Shown: positions 19,436 to 28,812 of the stretch, one piece after another
Position numbering within the stretch: position 1 is the first letter of the stretch
How the letters are laid out: every line of letters begins with the position of its first letter
Assembly (NCBI GenBank): GCA_963737265.1
Contig: CAVTRY010000016.1
Location: 320,001-384,000 of the forward strand
DNA length: 64,000 nt
Reading direction: 5' to 3'
Origin: an uncultured delta proteobacterium
Lineage (GTDB): Bacteria; Myxococcota_A; Polyangia; Fen-1088
Made by a program: the position numbers and the translations under genes
The notes under the pieces: model-generated
The model's database searches: none
The model's input: only the letters and a program-made list of their open reading frames with translations
What the model was told of the DNA's origin: nothing

Positions 19436-21001
19436 ATGCAGGTCCGAAAGCTAGCCGTACTTTTCGCCATTGCCGGTTCACTGACCGCGGGTTGCACCGG
19501 GGATCCCAACGATCCCATGACCTGGGCGAACAAGCTCAAGAACGTGCGCGAGCAGCAAGAAGCTCTCAATCAGCTAGCCCGCATGGGCGTGGAGCGGGCT
19601 AAGGTCGCTCTTCCTCAGCTCATCGCCCTCTACAAAGAAACCAAGAAGCCCGAGCACCTGGAAGCCTTGGTTCGTTTCAACGACCCAAGCACCATCCCGC
19701 TGCTGATCGAGGCCTTGGATTTCACCGAGGATGACTTCGACCGCTCCATCGTCGCCGCCGGCGCACTCGGCGACCTACGAGAAAAAGCTGCCGACGCGGT
19801 GGAACCGCTGATCAAGGCCGTCAACCACCAGCTCCCCATCAAGTCTCGCGCCAACAACGTGCGCTTGGCTGCCGTGCGTGCGCTGGTAAAGATCGGCGAC
19901 AAGCGTGCCGTTCCGGCGCTGTCGCAGGTGCTCACCACCTCTGCCGATGAGCAGGACTTTTTGCTCAATCAGAAGGCCGCCCTCGGCCTAGCCGAGCTGC
20001 GCGACCCGGAATCCGTGCCCGCCCTCATCAAGGGCATGTTCATGACTGGCCGCGGGGCCAACATCTTCCAGGAATGCCGATTGGCCCTGGTGCGAGTGGG
20101 CGAGCCCGCCATCGCCCCGCTCATCGAGCTGCTCAACGAGAAGAACGCCGACATCAACGCGATGGCCAAGAAGCTCGACTTCGACAAGTACAGCCCGGGC
20201 ATCGTGCCCTTCAAGGCTGCCATGCTGCTCGGCGACCTGCGCGCCGCCAAGGCCGTGCCCGCCCTCGCCGCGCGCCTGAAGATTCCCGCCAAGTCCGGCG
20301 AGCACAAGTCCATCCTGATCTCGCTCGGCTTCATCGGCACCAAGGAAGCAGTGGACGTGCTGCTCGACACCCTGAAGGACAAGAAGGCAGACGCGCCCAC
20401 ACGCTCCGCAGCCGAAGACGGCATTTATCTGTCAGGCGACAAGCGCGCGGTGCCCATCCTGATGGAAACCGCCAAGTCGGGCTACGTCACCGTGGGCGGC
20501 ATGAAGGCTTCCGATCTACGTGCCAATGCCGCCATCGACCTGTCCCGCATCGCCGGCCCCGAAAACTACGACGCGTTCAAGGCGCTGGCTGACAAGGAAA
20601 AAGAAGTCCAGGGCATGTTCGGTGAAGCCCTCGACCGCATGCAGGTCGCCAAGGAATGCGGCGACAAGCTCGAGTGCTACGGCAAGCACCTTAGCGACCC
20701 ATCGTGGACGCGCGCCGAGAAGGCAGCGTTCTACATCGGCTTCTCCGGCGATGCGAAACGGGGCCTGCCGCTCTTGGTCGGCGCCCTCAAGCCCGTGGCC
20801 AGCCTGTCGCCGGATCGCTTCCCCGTGCATCAGGCCCTACTCCAGGCGCTCGCGCGCCTGGCCAACAAGAACGACAAGAACGTCATCGATGCCCTCGGCA
20901 AACAGATCGATCGCGACGAGACGGCGATCCGCATCCCCGGCGCCCGCGACCTACTCGGCGAAACCCGCGTGACCCTCGCGGTGATTCAGAACAAGGGCTG
21001 A
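19436..21001 (+). CDS. HEAT/PBS-lyase repeat lipoprotein
   Basis: RBS GGAGG, lipobox LTAGC, repeated motifs AAVRALVKIGDKRAVPAL, AALGLAELRDPESVPAL. Confidence 0.85.
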   Translation: MQVRKLAVLFAIAGSLTAGCTGDPNDPMTWANKLKNVREQQEALNQLARMGVERAKVALPQLIALYKETKKPEHLEALVRFNDPSTIPLLIEALDFTEDDFDRSIVAAGALGDLREKAADAVEPLIKAVNHQLPIKSRANNVRLAAVRALVKIGDKRAVPALSQVLTTSADEQDFLLNQKAALGLAELRDPESVPALIKGMFMTGRGANIFQECRLALVRVGEPAIAPLIELLNEKNADINAMAKKLDFDKYSPGIVPFKAAMLLGDLRAAKAVPALAARLKIPAKSGEHKSILISLGFIGTKEAVDVLLDTLKDKKADAPTRSAAEDGIYLSGDKRAVPILMETAKSGYVTVGGMKASDLRANAAIDLSRIAGPENYDAFKALADKEKEVQGMFGEALDRMQVAKECGDKLECYGKHLSDPSWTRAEKAAFYIGFSGDAKRGLPLLVGALKPVASLSPDRFPVHQALLQALARLANKNDKNVIDALGKQIDRDETAIRIPGARDLLGETRVTLAVIQNKG

Positions 21002-21012
21002 TGTTCGGGCCT

Positions 21013-21058
21013 GTAGTCGACAGTCTGCCGCGACAGTCGCATGCCGACTGTCGACTAC
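21013..21058. terminator. 13-bp inverted repeat between convergent genes
   Basis: GTAGTCGACAGTC...GACTGTCGACTAC; no clear U-tract. Confidence 0.5.
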
Positions 21059-21417
21059 TTCTTGCCGCCGACGTAGTCGGCGACCACCACGGTGTGGATG
21101 CCGCCGCGAATCTTGAAGTCGCCCTCGATGCGCGCCCGCCGCGGCTTCACGGCGGCGACCAGGTCGTCGAGAATCTTGTTGGTCACGGCCTCGTGGAACG
21201 CTCCCTCGTCGCGATACGACCACAGGTAGAGCTTCCACGATTTGAGCTCGACGCAAAGACCGTCCGGAACGTATTCCACGCGAATCGTCGCGAAGTCCGG
21301 CTGGCCAGTTTTTGGGCAAAGGCAGGTAAACTCGGGACACTCGAAGCGAATGATGTAGTCGCGCTCCGGGTTGGGGTTGGGGAAAGTCTCCAGGCTTTTG
21401 GATGGAATCGATGCCAT
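21055..21417 (-). CDS. queF: PreQ0 (7-cyano-7-deazaguanine) reductase, type 1
   Basis: [32 protein letters not shown]. Confidence 0.95.
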   Translation of the reverse strand: MASIPSKSLETFPNPNPERDYIIRFECPEFTCLCPKTGQPDFATIRVEYVPDGLCVELKSWKLYLWSYRDEGAFHEAVTNKILDDLVAAVKPRRARIEGDFKIRGGIHTVVVADYVGGKK

Positions 21418-21491
21418 GTCGCCCCTAAGCATATCAGGTCGTTGTGAACAGCACGCGTGACACTGAATTCACCCCACGGAGGCCTTGCCGG

Positions 21492-22205
21492 ATGCCGCAA
21501 CCCAGTTCTCGTAGTAGCCTTCTCCAGGCTGTCCTTCTCGTAGCCGCGTTTGGTTTGCAAGGCGTCGCCGCCGAAGGCGCCGCCCTGGCCGAGGCGACCG
21601 TGAAAGGAACGGTCAGCCTGCCCGCTGAGCTCAAGAGCGGCCGCCGCTTTCTCGGCCACTGGCGCGTGGAAAACACCAACCTTGCGGCCCAACCCGCCAG
21701 CTTGCGCGGCGGCACTGTGGTCCTTCTCGTCGGTCTCCAGGCGCAAGCCATTCCGCCCAAGAATGTGTCAGTCGATATCGCGGGCTTGCAGGCCAATCCC
21801 GCCACGGTGGTCATCAGCGAGGGGTCGGTGGTTGAATTCAAGAATGGCGACAAGGTCTCGCACGATCTGTCGACTCCGGATCAACCCCAGGTGATGCCGC
21901 CCGAGCGACTCGGCTCGGGTACCGTACGCAAACAGCGCTTCGCCACGACGGGCGAGTTTCTCGTGCGCTGCGCCGAGTACCCGCACATCGTACTGTCCGT
22001 GATCGTGACCAGCTCTCCGCTGTTCGCCATCGTGGAGGACAAGGGCGGATTCAGGATCTCCGACGTACCCGAAGGTCATGCCACGCTCAAGGTGTGGAGC
22101 AACGGCCGCTGGGTTCACGAACAAGAAGTGGACGTGTCTTCCAAGGGACTGGATCTATCGGTTAAGGTACCGAAGTCGTCCGCCGCCAAAGAAAACGCGG
22201 AATAG
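21492..22205 (+). CDS. Secreted cupredoxin-like / carboxypeptidase-regulatory-like domain protein
   Basis: Signal peptide; GSVVEFKNGDKVSH, RCAEYPH, GGFRISDVPEG, LKVW. Confidence 0.65.
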   Translation: MPQPSSRSSLLQAVLLVAAFGLQGVAAEGAALAEATVKGTVSLPAELKSGRRFLGHWRVENTNLAAQPASLRGGTVVLLVGLQAQAIPPKNVSVDIAGLQANPATVVISEGSVVEFKNGDKVSHDLSTPDQPQVMPPERLGSGTVRKQRFATTGEFLVRCAEYPHIVLSVIVTSSPLFAIVEDKGGFRISDVPEGHATLKVWSNGRWVHEQEVDVSSKGLDLSVKVPKSSAAKENAE

Positions 22206-22219
22206 GGAGTAGCAAAGCG

Positions 22220-23992
22220 ATGTTCCTCTCCAAGATTTGGTTTGTTTTGGTCGGCCTGCTGGCCGGCATCGCCGTTACTGCCGCGTTCGTGGCGCCGCGA
22301 CCTGCCGATCGCCGCATCGAACAACTCGAAGGCCAGCGCCTCGATCGCGCGCAATACGCGGCCGAGCAAATGCTCAAGAACGATGCCCGCCGCTGGATCG
22401 ACTACGTGGCGAAGCTGGGCAGCGACGGCAAGCTTATCGATGCTCTCGATTCGGCCACGCGCGGCGCCGGCGAGCTGCGTCCCCTCCACGATACCGTTCG
22501 CAATCGCCTGCGCGAGCTCGTCCCCGACCGTCAAGCCATCGGCGTGGAATCCATCATCGCCGTCGACGCCAAGGGGCGCGTGGTGGCGCGGGTGGGCGAC
22601 GACGAAGGCGAATTCGGCGAATCCATCGCCGGCGCCGAGGTCGTTGCGGATGCGTTGCGCGGCTACCTCTCGGACGACGTATGGGGCGCCAGCAATCGCC
22701 TGCGCCGCATCGGGGCCGCGCCGGTCTTGTCCAAGTCGCATGATCGCATCGTCGGGGCACTGGTGGTCGCGGTGGAAACCGGCAAGCGCCTGGCCGAGAT
22801 GTGGAAGCAAAACCTCGGCGTCGAAGTCGCCATCGTACTACGCAAGACGGTGTTGTCTTCGTCGTTGCCCGAGGCGTTGCTGACCCAACTTCCCGACTTG
22901 ATCGAAGAGCACGCAACCGAGATTGCCAGCAACCGGCGCTCGCGCGCCCTTCCGCTTTACATGGGTAACGAACGCCTGCTGACAGTGGCGGCCCCGTTCA
23001 GTGGCGAAGCCTCCGAACAGCGCGCGTACTACGTCCTGCTTACCAGGAAGTCCCCGGAATCTAACCCTTGGGCCCTGCTGTCCAGCACCTCGTCCGACGA
23101 TCTCAAGTGGGGGAAGTTCCCGTGGCTTTCCTTGGGCGTGGGACTTTTCGCCGTCATCTTTGTCGGTCTCTTCCTGCAGCGCTTGGAAGTCGAGACGCCG
23201 CTTAAGCGCCTGCGCGCCGAGGTGCACAGCCTGGCCACACAGGAATTGCAGAAGATCGACGACACGAAGTACGGCGGAAAACTGGGCGGAATCGCGCGCG
23301 ACATCAACGCCGCCATCGAACACTATACCCACGCGCCCTTGCCCAAGACCGAAACCGCGAGAAAGGATATCGCCTCCATCCTCGACCCCAAGGCGGCGTC
23401 CGCCGACGGAAAGTCGTTCGATCTTGCCAGCCAGGCGCCGGTCCAACCCGCGCCACCGCCGGCGCCGGCCGCCATGGCGGCTTCGCTTTTCGGTACGCCC
23501 CACGTTGTCCCCGTTCTCGGAGGCCAACCGCCGGCCGTTCCGCCGACACCACCACCCTTGCATTCTGCCTTGCATTCCGCCTCGTATTCTCCACCACCGT
23601 TCGCCGTACCCGCAGCGGCCCCGGCGAGGGCGCTTCCTACGCCCCCGCCAATGCCCGCCGCGCCCTGGCACTCTTCTCCCACGCTACCGCCGCCGGTCTC
23701 CACGCACACCCTGACGCCGTTCCATGTTTTCCCATCGGCGCCCGCGCCAGTCCACGCCAAGCCCGCGCTGGATCCGGACGCCCAACACTTTGGCCTGGTA
23801 TTCGAGGAATACCTTGCCCTCCGGCAGCGCTGTGGTGAATCGATCGCCGGATTATCGCTGGAAAAGTTCAGCGCCAAGTTGCAGAGCAATCGCGAGCAAC
23901 TGGTGGCCAAGTATTCCTGCAAGAGCGCCCACTTCACGGTATACGAAAAGGATGGCAAAGCCGCGATTCGCGCCGTCCCGGTGCGAGAGTAG
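22220..23992 (+). CDS. MXAN_5187-family membrane protein
   Basis: MFLSKIWF N-terminus, periplasmic domain, second TM plus HAMP-like segment, Pro-rich linker, C-terminal FEEYLALRQRCGE...FTVYEKDGKAAIRA. Confidence 0.75.
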   Translation: MFLSKIWFVLVGLLAGIAVTAAFVAPRPADRRIEQLEGQRLDRAQYAAEQMLKNDARRWIDYVAKLGSDGKLIDALDSATRGAGELRPLHDTVRNRLRELVPDRQAIGVESIIAVDAKGRVVARVGDDEGEFGESIAGAEVVADALRGYLSDDVWGASNRLRRIGAAPVLSKSHDRIVGALVVAVETGKRLAEMWKQNLGVEVAIVLRKTVLSSSLPEALLTQLPDLIEEHATEIASNRRSRALPLYMGNERLLTVAAPFSGEASEQRAYYVLLTRKSPESNPWALLSSTSSDDLKWGKFPWLSLGVGLFAVIFVGLFLQRLEVETPLKRLRAEVHSLATQELQKIDDTKYGGKLGGIARDINAAIEHYTHAPLPKTETARKDIASILDPKAASADGKSFDLASQAPVQPAPPPAPAAMAASLFGTPHVVPVLGGQPPAVPPTPPPLHSALHSASYSPPPFAVPAAAPARALPTPPPMPAAPWHSSPTLPPPVSTHTLTPFHVFPSAPAPVHAKPALDPDAQHFGLVFEEYLALRQRCGESIAGLSLEKFSAKLQSNREQLVAKYSCKSAHFTVYEKDGKAAIRAVPVRE

Positions 23993-24014
23993 CCAGCTAC
24001 CTGTGTCAGGAGAC

Positions 24015-24179
24015 TTCAGGCTTCGGATTTCAAGCTTCATCGGTTGGGCATGATGCACGCGAAAATCGCGGCCGCCTTCCTGCACGATGCGGCGATCTTC
24101 TTCGCCCTTTGGAGAAGCCGATCGCCGCTCTCGATCAGACAGCCTGAAGCCTGTGGCCTGTAGCCTGTAGCCTGTAGCC
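24015..24179. repeat. Inverted heptamer arrays (TTCAGGC-like left arm, GCCTGWA right arm)
   Basis: ttcaggc-ttcggat-ttcaagc ... gcctgaa-gcctgtg-(gcctgta)3; followed by hairpin GCGGGCGAAGCCCGC. Confidence 0.65.
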
Positions 24180-24206
24180 GCTTGCGGGCGAAGCCCGCGC
24201 CATGAG

Positions 24207-26078
24207 TTAGTTGTTCACGGTGATCGTGCTGGCGGTGGAGCCGGAGGCCGTCAGCGTATGGCCATTCTTATTGATGGTGCCGGAGCCGGCAAGGCTCGTC
24301 ACGTACGAGTCGCCCGTGAGGTTCCAGGTGCTGCAGTGGTCGAGCGTAAGTGCGATTCCACCCGTGCTCGTGTTGCTCGTGTTGATCTTGCTGTTCAATG
24401 TGGAGCTCGCGAGGGTCAGCGCCAACGAGCTCGTGGAGTCGCAGATCTTGATCTCGCCATTCAGCGTCTGATAGTTCGCAGCGAAGTTCACGGTTCCGCC
24501 AAGACTGCCCCACTGGCTATTGACGTTCGACACGCCACAGTTACTCGCCGCGGCGGCGGTGCTGGCGACCAGGAGAACGTCCGACTTGTTGGCGAGAGTC
24601 ACGTTGTTCAGATTGACAACCGCGCTCGTGTCGCAGACGAAGAACATCGGGCCACTTGCGTAGTTGTTGGTGATGGAGCCGTTGGTCATGGTGAACTTTC
24701 CGGTGCCTCCGCTCGAATCGCCCGACATGCTCTGGTAGATCATGACGCCCCAACTGACGTTGCCGGCGATGACACTGTCAGTGAGGGTGATTGAGTTCAA
24801 TCCCTCGATGACGGCTGCTTCCGAGCCCGAGGCTGTTAGGGTGGCGTGATCGATCGTGAATGTGCCCGTGCAGTAGATGCCAGGCGAGCCTTGTCCCGCC
24901 GTGGTGCCCACCACGTTCGTCGCGTTGATCTGTGGCGCACCTGTCCCTTGGTAGCGGTCGCTGGCGAGCGCGCCACAGTGAGCCCCTTGCGTGCTGATCT
25001 TCGAGTTCTTGATGGTGACGATACCCCCATAGGTTGCATCGACGCCCCGCGAGCTGTCTTGCGTGGTGGCGATGGTGACGTGGTCAAGGGTGACGGTTGC
25101 GTTCTCGCCAAAGGCGAACGCCCCGTTTGCGCCGTTCGCGGTCGTGCTGATGGTGGAGTCCGTCATCGAGAGAGAAGCGGCGCTTGAAGACGAATAGTTG
25201 TTGGCGCTGCTCGAGGATGAAGCGAGGACGCCTGCGTTCATCCCACAGAAGTTGCTGTTGTCATCTGAAGCCGTGTCACCGCCGGTCTTGAGGGCCTTCG
25301 AGCTCGTGAGGGTCAGGCTTCCACCGGCTGCCACCTTGACAGCCGGAGTGTCGGCCGCGGTCGACGTATACGAGTAGGCCGACTCTGTAACGCCGGCGCT
25401 GGCGGACGAATACGGGCCGCCCTGATCCGTGTAGCTGGCTGACGACGCTGTCCTGTCGCCAATCGTGTCCGTGCCGTAGGCTCCGATTCCACCCGTGGCC
25501 GTTGTGGCGCTCCCGCAGGCGGTGCTCGTGGAACCACCAGCTCCGGATGACCCTCCGGTGCTTGTCGTTCCGCCGCTGCCGCCGCTACCGCCGCTGCCCG
25601 TGGAGCCGCCGCTACCGGTACCCGGAGGCACACCCGGACCGCCATCGCCCGTGCCTGGAGGCATACCCGGACCGCCATCGCCCACGCCTGGAGGCACACC
25701 CGGACCGCCATCGCCCATACCTGGAGGCATGCCCGGACCGCCATCGCCCATGCCTGGAGGCATACCCGGACCGCCATCGCCCACGCCTGGAGGCGTGCCT
25801 GGACCGCCATCGATCCCGGGTGGCATGCCACCGCCGTCAAGGCTGCCGGACGGCGGGCCGCTGTCGCCTGCGGTCGTAAGAATCGCGGCATCCGTCGATG
25901 CATCGGCCGCTGAACCGGCTGCGCCGCCAGTCGAGATGGCTCCGTCAAAAGCGGCCGCTCCGCCAGAAGCGGTCGCTCCGCCAGAAGCGGTCGCTCCGCC
26001 GTTGCCCGAGCAAGCGGCAAATCCTGCCGAGAAGAGCAGTAATCCTGTGGTGATGGCCGATCGAAAACTAATTCTCAT
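24207..26078 (-). CDS. Surface lipoprotein with Gly/Pro repeats and a probable beta-helix domain
   Basis: Lipobox FAAC; Thr/Ser/Gly-rich beta-strand repeats; C-terminal WNLTGDSYVTSL resembles autotransporter/pertactin-like passenger ends. Confidence 0.75.
   Translation of the reverse strand: MRISFRSAITTGLLLFSAGFAACSGNGGATASGGATASGGAAAFDGAISTGGAAGSAADASTDAAILTTAGDSGPPSGSLDGGGMPPGIDGGPGTPPGVGDGGPGMPPGMGDGGPGMPPGMGDGGPGVPPGVGDGGPGMPPGTGDGGPGVPPGTGSGGSTGSGGSGGSGGTTSTGGSSGAGGSTSTACGSATTATGGIGAYGTDTIGDRTASSASYTDQGGPYSSASAGVTESAYSYTSTAADTPAVKVAAGGSLTLTSSKALKTGGDTASDDNSNFCGMNAGVLASSSSSANNYSSSSAASLSMTDSTISTTANGANGAFAFGENATVTLDHVTIATTQDSSRGVDATYGGIVTIKNSKISTQGAHCGALASDRYQGTGAPQINATNVVGTTAGQGSPGIYCTGTFTIDHATLTASGSEAAVIEGLNSITLTDSVIAGNVSWGVMIYQSMSGDSSGGTGKFTMTNGSITNNYASGPMFFVCDTSAVVNLNNVTLANKSDVLLVASTAAAASNCGVSNVNSQWGSLGGTVNFAANYQTLNGEIKICDSTSSLALTLASSTLNSKINTSNTSTGGIALTLDHCSTWNLTGDSYVTSLAGSGTINKNGHTLTASGSTASTITVNN
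25621..25812 (-). repeat. 33-bp coding tandem repeat, about 6 copies (GDGGPG[MVT]PPG[MVT])
   Basis: Unit cctggaggca.acccggaccgccatcgccc... starts at 25621, 25654, 25687, 25720, 25753, 25786. Confidence 0.9.
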
Positions 26079-26344
26079 TCTTCTCCTCCGGATTGGTGTG
26101 GGCTGTGGGCTACGCTCGGGTGCTTGAGTCTCGAGCTTCAGTCCAAGGACACCAACCGCAAGGACTTGATTGCGCCATGTGGGGCTTGTCAGCGCTCTTA
26201 TTTATCAGTGTGTCTTGCCCGCTTGCCTCGCCGCCGTCGCGCTCGGATTCCCCGATTCATCGTGCTGGGACATCGTTCCATTTTGTGGCCTCCAGAACGT
26301 GCGTAAAGCAAAAAAGCGGCTGGGCTTTGGCGTAGAATGCCACC

Positions 26345-26731
26345 ATGGCTTCGCAACAAGCGCTCGCCGAGTCTGCCAAAGGGACCGGCATCAAGTTGCT
26401 GGTTCTTTTTGGGTCGCGTGCCCGCGGCGATGTGCACCCGAACTCGGATTGGGATTTCGGCTATGTCGGGAAAGGAGGCCAAGCCGACGAGGATCTCCTG
26501 CGCGACCGGCTCATGACGACTCTGGCAACGGACCGAATCGACCTCGTGGACTTGTCGAGGGCGAGCGCGCTGCTTCGGTTCCAGGTTGGCGCCGCAGGCA
26601 AAGCCATCCTCGAAAGCACTCCCGGGCTTTTTCAGCAGTTCCAAATCGAGACAGCGGTCTTCTGGTGCGACATCGAACCTGTCCTGCGCCGCACCTACGC
26701 GCAGATCCTTGAAAAGGTGAAAGCCGCGTGA
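26345..26731 (+). CDS. mntA: Minimal nucleotidyltransferase antitoxin (type VII TA)
   Basis: LFGSRARGDVHPNSDWD fits GSX10DXD; IDLVDL; overlaps the next gene (GTGA). Confidence 0.85.
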   Translation: MASQQALAESAKGTGIKLLVLFGSRARGDVHPNSDWDFGYVGKGGQADEDLLRDRLMTTLATDRIDLVDLSRASALLRFQVGAAGKAILESTPGLFQQFQIETAVFWCDIEPVLRRTYAQILEKVKAA

Positions 26732-27165
26732 GCCCACAAGTGGCCATCCTGGCGGAGAAGGCAGCGGCAGTTGGGCGTCACCTTGCGCGCGTGGCAGAAT
26801 GCTTGCCAGCAACAGCCGAAGAGCTTCGACCGATGACTGACGCCTCGGATGCGGTCATCCTTCATCTATGGCAGGCCGTGCAGATCGTGATCGATATGGC
26901 CGTTTCAACCTGTGTGAGACTTGGCCACGGGGCGCCCGCGAGCTATGGGGAAGCCTTTCGCAAACTGGCTGCGGCCGGTGTTGTCGATAGTGCGCTCGCC
27001 GATCGCCTGACTCAAGCCGCTGGCTTCCGCAACGTCGTTGCCCACGCCTACGAGGCCATCGACATGACCCGCGTCTTCCAGGCGGCCAAGCAAGGCCCGT
27101 CCGATCTGCGCGCGTTTCTTGCGGCCAGCGCAAGGTTGGCGGAAACGGCGGTTGAGAAGAAATAG
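26728..27165 (+). CDS. hepT: HEPN (DUF86) RNase toxin
   Basis: GFRNVVAHAY fits RX4HXY. Confidence 0.85.
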   Translation: MSPQVAILAEKAAAVGRHLARVAECLPATAEELRPMTDASDAVILHLWQAVQIVIDMAVSTCVRLGHGAPASYGEAFRKLAAAGVVDSALADRLTQAAGFRNVVAHAYEAIDMTRVFQAAKQGPSDLRAFLAASARLAETAVEKK

Positions 27166-27301
27166 GCGCGGCCGGCGGTTGTTGCCGCATTCTCGCCGCA
27201 CCCTCACCACCGTTCCCGGCCGCTTCTCGGTCGCGGCAACAACGTTACTTGCTGACGGTTACTGACACCGACCACGGGCCACGCGAACCATCTCCAGCCA
27301 G

Positions 27302-28111
27302 TTACTTCGCGGCTTCCTGGTCCGACGGGAAGTCGCCGGCGCGCACGTCGGCGACGTATCTCGCGAAGGCGGCGATGGCCTCCGCGCCAAGCTCGGCGTA
27401 GCGGCGTGCGAAGCGCGGCGACCAGTCGGGATTGAGTCCCAGCAAATCGTGCATGACCAACACTTGGCCATCGCAGGACGGGCCGGCTCCGATGCCGATG
27501 GTCGGGACGGAAATAGCCTGCGTGATGGCGGCTGCCAGTGACGACGGAACACTTTCGATGACGATGGCGTAGGCGCCGGCATCTGCCAAGGCGCACGCGC
27601 CAGCGAGAATCGACTGCGCCTGTTCGTCGCTGCGGCCTTGCAGGTTGAAGCCGCCGAGCTTGTGCACCGACTGCGGGGTCATTCCCACGTGCCCCATGAC
27701 CGGAACACCGATCGACACCAGCCGAGCCACGAGATCCGCGACTTCTTCTCCCCCTTCCAGCTTCACCGCTTCGGCCGCGCCCTCCTTGAGTAGACGTCCG
27801 GCCGCACGCACCCCGTCTTCGATCGAGACTTGGTAGCTGAGGAACGGCATATCCGCCACTAGGTGGGCGTGCTGGATGCCGCGAGCCACCAGCCTTGAAT
27901 GGTAGATCATCTCGTCGAGTGTGACCGGCAGCGTGTTCGGCAGTCCTTGCACGACCATGCCGAGACTGTCGCCCACCAGCACCACATCCACACCTGCCCG
28001 ATCCGCCAACCGCGCAAACGCCACGTCGTACGCAGTCACCACCGCGATCTTTTCGCCCCGGGCCTTGTGCTCGCGCACAAGCGTGCTGGTCAGTTTCTTC
28101 ACGGATGGCAT
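27302..28111 (-). CDS. panB: 3-methyl-2-oxobutanoate hydroxymethyltransferase
   Basis: TAYD, LVGDSLGM, ADMPF, VKLEGG, GHVGMTPQ, IGIGAG, DGQVLV. Confidence 0.97.
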   Translation of the reverse strand: MPSVKKLTSTLVREHKARGEKIAVVTAYDVAFARLADRAGVDVVLVGDSLGMVVQGLPNTLPVTLDEMIYHSRLVARGIQHAHLVADMPFLSYQVSIEDGVRAAGRLLKEGAAEAVKLEGGEEVADLVARLVSIGVPVMGHVGMTPQSVHKLGGFNLQGRSDEQAQSILAGACALADAGAYAIVIESVPSSLAAAITQAISVPTIGIGAGPSCDGQVLVMHDLLGLNPDWSPRFARRYAELGAEAIAAFARYVADVRAGDFPSDQEAAK

Positions 28112-28149
28112 GAGGACGCCGATTCTAGCAGGGGTTCCCTATCGAGACG

Positions 28150-28812
28150 CTACCGGCGACTCCAATGATTGATGCCGGCGTGGGTCTGGCCAATCACCTC
28201 CAGCAGGGCCGCGCGGTCGGCCAGGTTGCCGACGAAGTCGATCTCGGAGGCATCGACGATGAGCAGACTGCTCTCGCCATAGTTGAAGAAGAAATCGGCA
28301 TAGGCGCGCGCCACCTCGCGCACGTAGTCGGGCCTGATCGGCTTTTCTTCCGGCCGCTTGCGCTTGTCGATGCGGGACAGGAGCACGTCGGTAGGAGCCT
28401 GCAAATACACCACGAGATCCGGGGTCAGCACGCGCGGCCGCAGCGCCTGGTACACGCGATCGTAGAGCGCGATTTCTTCGGCCGACAACGTCAGCGTGGC
28501 GAACAGGCGATCCTTCGCGAACAAATAGTCGGAAACCACGCCGCCTCGCTCGAACAGCCCGCCCTGCAGAAGCTCCGACTGTTGGCCGTAGCGCTGCAAG
28601 AGAAAGAACAACTGGGTCGACAGGGCAAAGCGTCTGGGATCCCGATAAAACGAAGCAAGGAAGGGATTCTCGGCGGGGTTCTCACAAACCAGGCGCGCTC
28701 CCAGCTCGGCCGACAGAATCTCCGCCAAGCTAGACTTGCCGACGCCAATCGGCCCCTCGACCGCGATGTAGCGAGGCCGATTGCGCTGCTGCTTTGGCTC
28801 CCCAAGTGTCAT
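28150..28812 (-). CDS. Deoxynucleoside kinase
   Basis: IAVEGPIGVGKS, NPFL, TQLFFL, KDRLFA, PDLVVYLQA; next to panB. Confidence 0.93.
   Translation of the reverse strand: MTLGEPKQQRNRPRYIAVEGPIGVGKSSLAEILSAELGARLVCENPAENPFLASFYRDPRRFALSTQLFFLLQRYGQQSELLQGGLFERGGVVSDYLFAKDRLFATLTLSAEEIALYDRVYQALRPRVLTPDLVVYLQAPTDVLLSRIDKRKRPEEKPIRPDYVREVARAYADFFFNYGESSLLIVDASEIDFVGNLADRAALLEVIGQTHAGINHWSRR

Noticed and set aside
21418-21491. PreQ1 riboswitch upstream of queF
   Set aside because: Short divergent gap with no recognisable preQ1 stem or A-rich tail
25621-25812. 33-bp repeats as a CRISPR array
   Set aside because: Head-to-tail with no spacers, in frame within a CDS, and no cas genes
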